Shown here piece by piece: positions 8,977 to 17,292 of a stretch of DNA of 64,000 nucleotides. How positions within the stretch are numbered: the first letter of the stretch is position 1; each line of letters opens with the position of its first letter. Below the pieces are notes generated by a model, which did not search any database, had not been told where the DNA came from, and worked only from the letters and a program-made list of their open reading frames with translations. The position numbers and the translations under genes are program-made. This stretch comes from Chlamydiota bacterium (GTDB taxonomy: Bacteria > Chlamydiota > Chlamydiia > Chlamydiales > JAAKFR01): the NCBI GenBank assembly GCA_021772455.1, contig JAJFLY010000003.1:7630-71629 (forward strand), given 5' to 3'.

Positions 8977-10210
8977 ACTCAAGGGAGCGCTCACCATTCC
9001 CCCCTCAAAATCGCAATCGATGCGCGCCCTTCTTTTTGGATTGCTTGCGCACGGAAAAAGCGTTTTACACAACGTCCTTCCCTCTCCTGACATGGTCCAT
9101 GCATGTCGTTTGCTAGGAGCGAAAGTTAAAGAATTCTCCGATCGGATCGAAATAGTTGGTGTTGGTGGGAAGTTGAATGGGGCTGAAGATGTGATCGACG
9201 CCGGCAACTCGGGCTTAATCCTGCGACTCATTGGAGCTGTTGGAGCTCTTTCTACAAAACCGATCGTTATCACGGGAGATCACTCCGTTCGAAATTTTCG
9301 CCTCGTATCGCCCCTCTTAGAAGGACTCAATCAATTGGGAGCGACCGCATTTTCTCTGCAGGGGAATGGAAAAGCTCCGATTTTGGTACAAGGGCAGATC
9401 CAATCTAGATGTGCAATCATCGACGGGGCAGAATCACAACCCGTTTCGGGCTTGATTATCGCCTCTGCATTTGCTCCTAGCCCAGTAGAAATTCATGTGA
9501 CCAATCCTGGTGAGCTGCCGTGGGTGCACCTCACCCTCGATTGGCTCGATCGCTTCCACATTCCCTACACAACCCGCAATGGAGAGTATTACCGCTTAGA
9601 AGGGGGCGCCTCGATCGAAGGGTTTTCCTACCGCGTTCCAAGCGACTTTAGCTCGCTCGCTTTTCCACTCGTGGCAGCCCTCTTAACCGATTCCGAGGTG
9701 CGCTTTGAAAACCTCGATTTTGACGATCCACAAGGGGATAAAGAGCTCATTTCCATTTTACAAAAGATGGGAGCGAAAATCGAAGTGGAAGAGAACGCAC
9801 TACAAGTAAAAAAAGGGAGTGTTTTGCGGGGAACGAAAATTGATGTGAATAGATGTGTTGATGCGCTCCCTATTTTGGCCATTGTCGGGTGCTTTGCAGA
9901 AGGGGAAACAGAGCTGGTTGGTGGAGAAATTGCCCGCAAAAAAGAGTGTGACCGCATTTCAGCAATGACCACCGAGCTAAAAAAGATGGGAGCGAATATC
10001 GAAGAGCGGAAAGATGGGTTATCGATCAAACCCTCCCATTTGAAAGGAAGTGTCGTTCATAGCTATCAAGACCATCGGATGGCACTAGCTCTTGCGGTCG
10101 CTGGTTTGGCAGCTGTTGGAGAAACTTCGATCGAAGATATCGACTGTGTCTCAAAAACGTTTCCAAATTTCCAAGCGCAGATGCAAAAATTAGGAGCAAA
10201 AATCCAATGA
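8948..10210 (+). CDS. aroA: 3-phosphoshikimate 1-carboxyvinyltransferase (EPSP synthase)
   Basis: 420 aa. It has PPSKSQSMRALL, AGNSGLILRL, KKECDRI and DHRMALALAVAG motifs. It overlaps aroDE by 29 nt. Confidence 0.9.
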   Translation: MKSWKIAPSKLKGALTIPPSKSQSMRALLFGLLAHGKSVLHNVLPSPDMVHACRLLGAKVKEFSDRIEIVGVGGKLNGAEDVIDAGNSGLILRLIGAVGALSTKPIVITGDHSVRNFRLVSPLLEGLNQLGATAFSLQGNGKAPILVQGQIQSRCAIIDGAESQPVSGLIIASAFAPSPVEIHVTNPGELPWVHLTLDWLDRFHIPYTTRNGEYYRLEGGASIEGFSYRVPSDFSSLAFPLVAALLTDSEVRFENLDFDDPQGDKELISILQKMGAKIEVEENALQVKKGSVLRGTKIDVNRCVDALPILAIVGCFAEGETELVGGEIARKKECDRISAMTTELKKMGANIEERKDGLSIKPSHLKGSVVHSYQDHRMALALAVAGLAAVGETSIEDIDCVSKTFPNFQAQMQKLGAKIQ

Positions 10211-10695
10211 TTCTATGCGGTCTTTTTTGTGCGGGAAAATCAACTCTTGGAAGAGCGCTAGCTGCGCAAAAGGGTGTGCCTTTCTACGATACCGATCTGA
10301 TGTTAGAGGCATCTGAGGGAAAAAATGTGAGCGAGATCTGGAATGCGATGGGGGAAAAAGCGTTTCGCGATCTTGAAACTGCGCAGGTGCTTCAACTTAA
10401 ACGGGAGCCTTGCGTGATTGCCACTGGGGGCGGGACGTTGCTGCGAGAAAAAAATCGCACACATCTGAAAACACTTGGAAAAACCATCTACTTGAAGGCG
10501 CCCGTTTCCGTTCTGTGGGAGCGGCTGCTAAAAAGAGGCCTGCCTGCCTATCTCGATCCAGAGAATCCTCAGGCCCAAGTTGAGCATCTTGCCAAAGAGC
10601 GCTTTCCTATCTTTGAAGCGTATTGCGAGTATACCTTTAAGACGGATGGGCTTTCAATTAATGCATGTCTTAATAGATTTATTCTTGAATTCTAA
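10207..10695 (+). CDS. aroK: shikimate kinase
   Basis: 162 aa with P-loop GLFCAGKST, then the YDTD and GGG (ATGGGTLL) motifs. Its ATG overlaps the aroA stop (ATGA). Confidence 0.85.
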   Translation: MILCGLFCAGKSTLGRALAAQKGVPFYDTDLMLEASEGKNVSEIWNAMGEKAFRDLETAQVLQLKREPCVIATGGGTLLREKNRTHLKTLGKTIYLKAPVSVLWERLLKRGLPAYLDPENPQAQVEHLAKERFPIFEAYCEYTFKTDGLSINACLNRFILEF

Positions 10696-10750
10696 CTTAT
10701 TAAATGCCATTCATAGTTTTATATGTAGCTAAATATGGAGGCTGGTTCGT

Positions 10751-11743
10751 ATGGGACTTTTAAAAAAAGGATTCTGGATTTTATTACTCCCCTTGCTTTT
10801 CTCGTTTGAAGCAAGAGCAGATTTTGGTAACTACGGTAACTGCTGCCCACAATATTGTGACTCTTGTGATGATTGGGTTGTTTATGGAGAGTGGCTCTAT
10901 TGGAGATCAAGACGATGTGATCTCGATTACGCTGTGACAGGAGCAGGAGCTGGCACATACACTGGAAATATCCACAGCGTTGATCAATCTTATGAGAGTG
11001 GATGGCGGATTGGAGTGCAAAAATATTGTGGGGATTTCTTCTACGATCTTACCTATACATATTTTCGAAACGATGAATCGAATTCTAAAAACAATCCAGC
11101 CCTATCCGGAACACGCATCGTGGACGATATCACAGCTGTAACCCAAGGTTTGATTACCGATGCTAGGGGGAAATGGGATCTGGATTACGATGTTGTTGAT
11201 CTCTTAGCTGGGTATGGATTTTGTAATACAAGTTGTTTTCAACCTTATATTTTTGGTGGGCTTAAGCTTGCTTTCATCGATCAAAAATTTGAAGCTTTGT
11301 ACATCGAGGGGGCAAATTTTGATAGAGTCACACAAAAAATTGACATGGATGCGTATGGAATCAACCTTGGGGTTGGCGCAAACTATAACTTTTGCCACTG
11401 TTTCAACTTTTTTGGGCGTTTTTCGTACGATGTCCTATTAGGTGATTTCACACGTCATTATAACTATGAAACCTCTGCGAATGCAGATGCAGCTAACTTT
11501 AAAGATGATTGCTGGAGAATGCTCAGCGTGCTCAATCTCTCATTTGGATTGGGCTACGACTTTGCATTTTCAAATTGTTGGTGTTCTAACCTGGGGATTT
11601 CCTTAGGATATGAATTTCATCAGTGGGTCGGTCAACCTGACTTTATAGATTTCCAAAGTGAATCGGGGGAAGTGACCTTTGATCGCCACCTTCAAAGCTT
11701 GGGCTTTGATGGTCTATTCTTAAGGCTTGCTCTCAATTTCTAG
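10751..11743 (+). CDS. predicted beta-barrel outer membrane protein, most divergent of 4 paralogs (MOMP/porin-like, Cys-rich N-terminus)
   Basis: Signal-like MGLLKKGFWILLLPLLFSFEARA is followed by a Cys cluster NCCPQYCDSCDDW and GEWLYWR, which aligns with EIEALYW in the other paralogs. The body has alternating beta-strand patterning. The C-terminus is LFLRLALNF (terminal Phe). A GGAGG RBS lies at 10737-10741. Confidence 0.7.
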   Translation: MGLLKKGFWILLLPLLFSFEARADFGNYGNCCPQYCDSCDDWVVYGEWLYWRSRRCDLDYAVTGAGAGTYTGNIHSVDQSYESGWRIGVQKYCGDFFYDLTYTYFRNDESNSKNNPALSGTRIVDDITAVTQGLITDARGKWDLDYDVVDLLAGYGFCNTSCFQPYIFGGLKLAFIDQKFEALYIEGANFDRVTQKIDMDAYGINLGVGANYNFCHCFNFFGRFSYDVLLGDFTRHYNYETSANADAANFKDDCWRMLSVLNLSFGLGYDFAFSNCWCSNLGISLGYEFHQWVGQPDFIDFQSESGEVTFDRHLQSLGFDGLFLRLALNF

Positions 11744-11768
11744 AGAAGAGTTTTGATAAGTTTCTGAA

Positions 11769-11804
11769 GCGGTTGTGGAGAAAATTTTCACAACCGTTTT
11801 TTTT
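11769..11804 (+). terminator. rho-independent terminator after OMP paralog 1
   Basis: The stem is GCGGTTGTG (11769-11777) / CACAACCG (11789-11796), with one unpaired G at the 5' end. It has an 11-nt loop and is followed by T8 (11797-11804). Confidence 0.8.
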
Positions 11805-11806
11805 AC

Positions 11807-12823
11807 TTAAAATGAGAGAGCTAACCTGAAGTAGGGGCCCCCAAAGCCAATATTTTGGCAGGTAAAATGGGGGATTTCTGCCCTGCCAAACTCGATTTCT
11901 GTCTCAGATGCATAGCGCAACACCTTCGCATAATAGTCGAGCTCGTAGCCAACCTCTAATTCTACGGGGCGTCCGCAGATACAAAACCCATAGTCAAGAC
12001 CAGCTCTAAGCTCTAGCCCTGGGAAAAGGTGGTGTTGGATTTGTGGCGTCTTCAGAACATTTATGCGGACTAGCGGGTTGCTGATAGTTCGGGAGGTGAA
12101 GTTTTTTAATTTACTCGCTCCGTAAATGGCCATCACGCCCCCACTTCCGTGTAGGCTAAGTCCACCACACAGATGCGCGCGGGTTCCCACTCCAAAACCG
12201 ACACCCCCTCCTTTAAACTCGGATTCTTGTTTGAAAAAGTTTTCGAGGGAGGGATCGGCAGGAAGGGGATTTACCGGCACACCGGTCGTGTTGTTTTGAA
12301 AATCGATGCGCATCAAGCGGGCGTTGCTGTACAAAAAGGCATCGAGGCAGCGTACTAGATCGAGGTCGTAGCTAAGACGTCCATCGAGATTTTGGTAGCG
12401 GAATTTACCGGTAGACTTTGCTGAGAGGACTCGGTCTGAATCCCCAACATTTCCTGCCATCACCATTGTGTTAAAACCATCTCTACTTGCGCTTTCATGC
12501 TCATCAGAGCGAAAGTAGAGGTAGGAGAGATCAAAAAAACAAGCGCAGCTTCGCGTTCCCAAGCGGATACGTGTCCCACCATTGTAGGCACCATCGAGGT
12601 AAAATTGATCGTGTGGTAGTGCAATGCCATTTGCTAAAGCATCATCAAATCTCTCGGCAATAAAAATGGGACAGTGGTAAGTTTTCCAGTAAAGCGCCTC
12701 TATCTCCGCATAGTAAGCACACCCTTTAGAATTGTATGGGTCGTAACACTCTGCTGCGGTCAGATGCGCTCTACCTCCAATCAGTAAGATGAGCAGGGTG
12801 AGATTTCCAAATAGACGTTTCAT
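11807..12823 (-). CDS. predicted beta-barrel outer membrane protein, paralog 2 of 4
   Basis: Start set at the ATG giving MKRLFGNLTLLILLIGG (GGGGA RBS 8 nt upstream), rather than the TTG at 12838 that overlaps the upstream stop. It shares AEIEALYWKT, YQNLDGR, AFLYSNARLMRIDF, FKGGGVGFG and ELDYYAKVLRYAS with paralogs 3 and 4. It ends YFRLALSF. Confidence 0.75.
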   Translation of the reverse strand: MKRLFGNLTLLILLIGGRAHLTAAECYDPYNSKGCAYYAEIEALYWKTYHCPIFIAERFDDALANGIALPHDQFYLDGAYNGGTRIRLGTRSCACFFDLSYLYFRSDEHESASRDGFNTMVMAGNVGDSDRVLSAKSTGKFRYQNLDGRLSYDLDLVRCLDAFLYSNARLMRIDFQNNTTGVPVNPLPADPSLENFFKQESEFKGGGVGFGVGTRAHLCGGLSLHGSGGVMAIYGASKLKNFTSRTISNPLVRINVLKTPQIQHHLFPGLELRAGLDYGFCICGRPVELEVGYELDYYAKVLRYASETEIEFGRAEIPHFTCQNIGFGGPYFRLALSF

Positions 12824-12834
12824 CGTATTTCCCC

Positions 12835-13857
12835 TCAAAAGGCGGTTGCGAGTTTAAAATAAAGACCACCGAAACTTAAATTTTGGCATGTAAAAAGTGG
12901 AAAGTGGTTACGACTAATTGTATTCGCTGCATCAGATGCATAGCGTAGAATATTGGGGTAATGGTCTAGAGAGTATCCCACTTCAGCCTCTAGTTCACAC
13001 TTACAGAAGGAGTGGAGGTAGTTTAGGCCAATTTTAAAATCGTATGCAGCAAGAGCATGAAGTTCGCGCTGTGGTTTAGGTAGATTCTTGACAAAAGATT
13101 GGCGTGGGAATACGGGGCTAGGTTCAAATACAAATTGAGTACGATACTTTCTTAATTGAGTCTCTCCGTAGAGCGCTGTCACCCCGATATTTCCACGAAG
13201 ACTTAGACCTCCACAGATTTCATACGATGCTCCACCACCAAAACCGAATCCCCCTCCATTAAAGCCTCCCTTTTGCTCAAATAAATCCTCAATAAAAGGG
13301 AGGTTAACAATTGGAAATAGCGGTGTGCCACGTACGATATTATGAAAATCGACACGTACCAAGCGGGCATTCCCATACAGAAATCCATCTAAATATTTGG
13401 ATAAATTAAAATAATGTCCAAAACGTCCATCCACATTCTGGTAAAGATAAGTGACACTTCCCTTCGCTGCTGTAATTGGGGTAAATAGTCCAGGGTCTCC
13501 AGGCATCGCTATCTGATCAAAATCCCCAATATCTGCATATAGCGAGTCATAGGAGAAAAAATTGAGGTAAGAGAGATCTGCAAATGTATTGCATAAGCGC
13601 ATCCCCACCCGCACTCGTGTACCTGGATTAAAAGTGCCCTCTAAGTCAAACTCTTCAACCTGACCATTTGCAGCGGCACTTGGATTGAATCTTTTGGCTA
13701 CATAAATCGGCTCGTGCCGCGTTTCCCAATAAAGCGCCTCGATCTCTATGTAGTTCTTGCGGATTTGATCACAGTAGGGGGTACACTCTCCTGCCGTTAG
13801 GGAGAGGCTACTTGTGAGGAGTGCAAGCAAGGCGAGTATTCCAAAAAGACGTTTCAT
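12835..13857 (-). CDS. predicted beta-barrel outer membrane protein, paralog 3 of 4
   Basis: It starts MKRLFGILALLALLTSS and has IEIEALYWET, YQNVDGR, GFLYGNARLVRVDF, FNGGGFGFG and SLDHYPNILRYAS. It ends LYFKLATAF. Confidence 0.75.
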   Translation of the reverse strand: MKRLFGILALLALLTSSLSLTAGECTPYCDQIRKNYIEIEALYWETRHEPIYVAKRFNPSAAANGQVEEFDLEGTFNPGTRVRVGMRLCNTFADLSYLNFFSYDSLYADIGDFDQIAMPGDPGLFTPITAAKGSVTYLYQNVDGRFGHYFNLSKYLDGFLYGNARLVRVDFHNIVRGTPLFPIVNLPFIEDLFEQKGGFNGGGFGFGGGASYEICGGLSLRGNIGVTALYGETQLRKYRTQFVFEPSPVFPRQSFVKNLPKPQRELHALAAYDFKIGLNYLHSFCKCELEAEVGYSLDHYPNILRYASDAANTISRNHFPLFTCQNLSFGGLYFKLATAF

Positions 13858-13919
13858 TTGACCGTTCCAAAGTTGCGTATACGTGCGAAATTTATCAATA
13901 AGTGTTCCATTTTGCCTCT

Positions 13920-14921
13920 CTAATACCTAACCGTAAGCCTAAAATAGGGCCCTTCAAAACCGATGCTTTGGTCGTCAAAAGGAGGGGAGTCTGCCCTCAC
14001 AGAACCAACCTCTGTATTTGATGCATAACGGAGAATTTCCGAGTAGTAGTCGAGCTCATAACCCAATTCAGCATCTAGTGGGCAGTTGCAGATGCAAAGT
14101 GTGTAGCTGAGGCTAAGTTTGAAGTCGATTGCGGGGACAAACTGGTAGTGGCTTTCAGGGTTGAGTAGAACATTTGTGCTGATGTCGGTTCCATCGATAA
14201 ATCGTGTGCTAAAGTTTAGCAATCGACTTTTGCCGAAGATTGCCATCAATCCGAGATTTCCGCGGAGGCTTAAATTTCCGCAGAGGTTATAGGATACGCC
14301 CGCTCCCAATCCTCCTCCACCCCCTTTAAAGTTGGCTCCTTGCTTGAAAAAGTTTTGAAGCGAGGGATCTGCAGGGAGGGGATCTACTGGTATGCCGGTT
14401 GTCACGTTTCTAAAATCGACCCGTATCCAGCGGGCATTTGCATATAAAAAGGCATCGATGCACCTTCCGAGATAAAAAAGGTGGCCAACACGCCCATCTA
14501 CGTTTTGGTACTCGTATTTACCCGTGGATTTCACCGATACGATTTTTCCATTTGTTGGAGAAAAGGCAGGAGAGCCTGCCATCGTCATCCGATTTAGACT
14601 CCCACGGTCCTCGCTTATACGCTCGTCAGAGTAGAAGTAGAGATAGGAGAGGTCGCCAAACCAGCTGCAATATTGGGCACCAGCGCGTACGCGCACACCT
14701 GGATCGTAGGTGTTACCATCTAAATAATACTCTTCTCGCGGCCTTGGAGTGCCATTTGCAACCCCTCCAAGAAATTTTCTTGCGACAAAAACGGGGGCGT
14801 GGACGGTTTGCCAACAGAGCGCTTCGATTTCTCCGTAGTAGTTGCAACAGTTTCCTGCTATAAGGGTTGCGTTACTTGCGAGAAGGGCTAAAAGGGCAAA
14901 TGTTCCAAAAAGACGTTTCAT
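13920..14921 (-). CDS. predicted beta-barrel outer membrane protein, paralog 4 of 4
   Basis: Start set at the ATG giving MKRLFGTFALLALLAS, which is aa 11 of the tracked ORF. It has GEIEALCWQT, YQNVDGR, AFLYANARWIRVDF, FKGGGGGLG and ELDYYSEILRYAS. It ends PYFRLTVRY. Its 5' leader ACGCAACTTTGGAACG is shared with paralog 3. Confidence 0.75.
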   Translation of the reverse strand: MKRLFGTFALLALLASNATLIAGNCCNYYGEIEALCWQTVHAPVFVARKFLGGVANGTPRPREEYYLDGNTYDPGVRVRAGAQYCSWFGDLSYLYFYSDERISEDRGSLNRMTMAGSPAFSPTNGKIVSVKSTGKYEYQNVDGRVGHLFYLGRCIDAFLYANARWIRVDFRNVTTGIPVDPLPADPSLQNFFKQGANFKGGGGGLGAGVSYNLCGNLSLRGNLGLMAIFGKSRLLNFSTRFIDGTDISTNVLLNPESHYQFVPAIDFKLSLSYTLCICNCPLDAELGYELDYYSEILRYASNTEVGSVRADSPPFDDQSIGFEGPYFRLTVRY

Positions 14922-15044
14922 TTTATCGTTCCAAAGTTGCGTGCGTGACAAACCTTATAAAAAAAAATTATTTTAAAGTCAATTTATCTAGAATTGGAGA
15001 TGCGTGTGCCCATCACCTAATTTAGAATGTGAGCGCAAGCCTAA

Positions 15045-15687
15045 AACCCTGATTGCTACCTAAACCTCGTCTAGGAATCGTTTAGCTAACAACTTAATAC
15101 CTTCATCCTGAAGCACATCTTCTAGATCAAAAGAATTATACGCTCCATCTGCATAAAGAAGAGCGTCTTTAGGTATATCTAACTCCATGGACCACAAAAC
15201 CTTGACATCGCTTATGGCACCAGATTTAAAATGCACTTCGACCGGCTTGCCATCTCCGGTCACAAGCATGTGTACCTTGATTCCGCAGAAATACTGTTTT
15301 TTGGAGGCCGCAAAGCCAAGATAGCTCTTTTCGAGAAAGAGTTTTCGCTTGTCCATACGGTTTTTTTGACAGCATGCCAGCTTGTCCACGAGATTTTGTG
15401 AAGACGACGGTTGAGTCGGCTGTTACTCAAGATCGTAGGAAACAATCCAAGACGCTGACAGAAATATCTCGTTTTCACATAGTTGCTGTGAAAAAATTTT
15501 GCTGCCACAACAGCAAAAGTCATCACTTCCGCATTTTCCATTTTCGCTTGAGTGTCGTCTTGTACGCCAAGGATTTTCAGCAGTTATGAACTAACCACTT
15601 AAACTACAGTTGCATAAAGCTCCATACTATCCTCCATTTGGATTTGGTAGGGCACTATAACAACAAGTTTAGGTAGCAATCAGGATC
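15045..15687 (-). mobile_element. degraded insertion sequence, copy 1 (IS4/IS5-superfamily DDE transposase remnant, internally deleted)
   Basis: The terminal inverted repeats are AACCCTGATTGCTACCTAAAC (15045-15065) and GTTTAGGTAGCAATCAGGATC (15667-15687). The same ends occur at 39644 and 40154. The element is about 643 bp, too short for an intact element. The transposase reading frame is split and truncated. Confidence 0.8.
15060..15541 (-). pseudogene. frameshifted and truncated DDE transposase gene
   Basis: There are two overlapping ORFs in different frames. ORF 15260-15541 encodes MENAEVMTFAVVAAKFF...LSNSRLNRRLHKI. ORF 15060-15389 encodes GFAASKKQYFCGIKVHMLV...LLYADGAYNSFDLEDVLQDEGIKLLAKR. 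The C-terminal part present in copy 2 is missing here. Confidence 0.75.
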
Positions 15688-15912
15688 AGAGGGTGAATAG
15701 GAGAGAAAAATGCCCCATAAGACTAAGGAAGCGATGGCACTTCCCGCACCCAAACATCCAACTGCCGGTGGGAGATAAGAATAAAATGCGAACCCAGCAG
15801 TCACAACACCTAAAAGAGTAATCATTGCTAATGCTGCTTGAATCGCATTATTACTAACAGTACCTTTAGTTGGCAGGCAAAAACCTGAACAAACATCCCC
15901 AATCGAACGCAT
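15655..15912 (-). CDS. small membrane protein with Inc-like bilobed hydrophobic domain; 3' end supplied by the IS
   Basis: It has two adjacent hydrophobic helices (AIQAALAMITLLGVVTAGFAFY / VGCLGAGSAIASLVLWGIFLSY) joined by SYLPPA. The last 10 codons and the stop (15655-15687) lie inside the IS terminal repeat, so the native C-terminus is probably lost. Confidence 0.45.
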   Translation of the reverse strand: MRSIGDVCSGFCLPTKGTVSNNAIQAALAMITLLGVVTAGFAFYSYLPPAVGCLGAGSAIASLVLWGIFLSYSPSDPDCYLNLLL

Positions 15913-16286
15913 AATAAAGCCAATCTACAAATTAAGTTTTTGTTGATAATAACATAGAAAATAAAAAATATCCCACTAATTCATTACATAGAGAACTTAA
16001 AAATTAAATTATCAATTATGCTGCCTTTTTCACCTCTTCTCCGTCCTTAATTCCATCGTGAATAGCAAGCAATTCCTTCTTGCCAACAATTCTAGCTCCT
16101 ATCAAGACAAAAGGATCGCAGTCAAAGCTTCCTGCTTTAAAATCACTTCTAGACTTGTTACAAACCCTGGAAAAATGTCATCCTGTTTCAAGAACGTACT
16201 CCTTTTATTTTTCCCGGACACAACTTTCGGTTATACCTCTTTCCGAAGTTAGAATATTTTGATTCCAAACTAAAACGAAGGTAGCT

Positions 16287-16673
16287 ATGAGTTATTACAT
16301 CGCTCTTTACATACTTAGCCTTTACTATCAGTTCCTGTATTATATACAAAAACCAGTGTGGTTATTTCTATTTGTATTACTATTCGTGATTTCCCCAACA
16401 TTCATATTTATTAAAAAGCGAAATCAGATTGGCAAGACTTGGTGGGGTCCGGTGCAAGCGACTGTTTCTATTAAAAATAAGACACTAAACTGCTCACACT
16501 GTGGTCATGATAAATTTGACAAAAGAGAGGGTATCCTCAACACTTCATGGGTCATGTTTTTTCGATTTGGATTTTGGAATAGAAGTGCTTCATGTTTTAT
16601 TTGTCGAGATTGTGGTTTTCTGCACTGGTTTGTATCTCCAGATGAAAAGGCGAAAATTCAAAGGGATTTGTAA
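16287..16673 (+). CDS. hypothetical membrane protein with C-terminal zinc-ribbon (CxxC...CxxC)
   Basis: It has N-terminal hydrophobic segments, then CSHCGHDKF...CFICRDCGFLHWF. It sits in an AT-rich stretch, and the true start is uncertain. Confidence 0.45.
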   Translation: MSYYIALYILSLYYQFLYYIQKPVWLFLFVLLFVISPTFIFIKKRNQIGKTWWGPVQATVSIKNKTLNCSHCGHDKFDKREGILNTSWVMFFRFGFWNRSASCFICRDCGFLHWFVSPDEKAKIQRDL

Positions 16674-16917
16674 ATCTAGGGAACCCAAGCCTGCTGTTTA
16701 AAATCTTTGGCTTAAATCCATCTGAGTTCATTTCTTCCTCCTATTATGTCGTAAACTCAATAGGAAGGTGGGCTCGGACTTTTTCTTTTTCAAAATTTTT
16801 CCTCAAGACTAGCCAAACCAATTTTACAGAAACAATGTTGCACTCAGAAATATGATAATTTTTATGATAGTGGTGTAGGGGTTGTAAAAGTTTCATTAAT
16901 CCGCTAGTTTGTCAGAT

Positions 16918-17292
16918 ATGAATCCATATCATGTTGGCACAATTAATCCTCGGCAGTATCTCTTTTTAAAGAAGATAAATCCTTCTCTATTTCAATGGTT
17001 TAAAACCACGTCGACGTTTGACCAGGAAGAAGAGACCCCCTGCTCAGGCAAATCTCCCGCGGAGGCGATTGAAGCTGCCCACGCAAAATGGGACTCTTTT
17101 CGCACCCTTAACTGCGGCTTTCGCTACTCGTTGCCAGAACGCGATGAGGTGGGATGCAACGCCTTTTTCTGGGAGATGGCCAAAAGCTATGCCTCCTTCA
17201 ATGGCCCCTACTTTGACGAAGAGCTTGGCCATAAGTGTTATGTCGATTTCGCATCGCAAGAGGCTCTCTCAATTTGGAGAAAGCTCCGATGA
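16918..17292 (+). CDS. hypothetical protein translationally coupled to pknD
   Basis: About 124 aa from the ATG at 16918 (the ORF track starts at the TTG at 16909). Its TGA stop overlaps the pknD ATG (ATGA at 17289-17292). No motif was recognised. Confidence 0.6.
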   Translation: MNPYHVGTINPRQYLFLKKINPSLFQWFKTTSTFDQEEETPCSGKSPAEAIEAAHAKWDSFRTLNCGFRYSLPERDEVGCNAFFWEMAKSYASFNGPYFDEELGHKCYVDFASQEALSIWRKLR

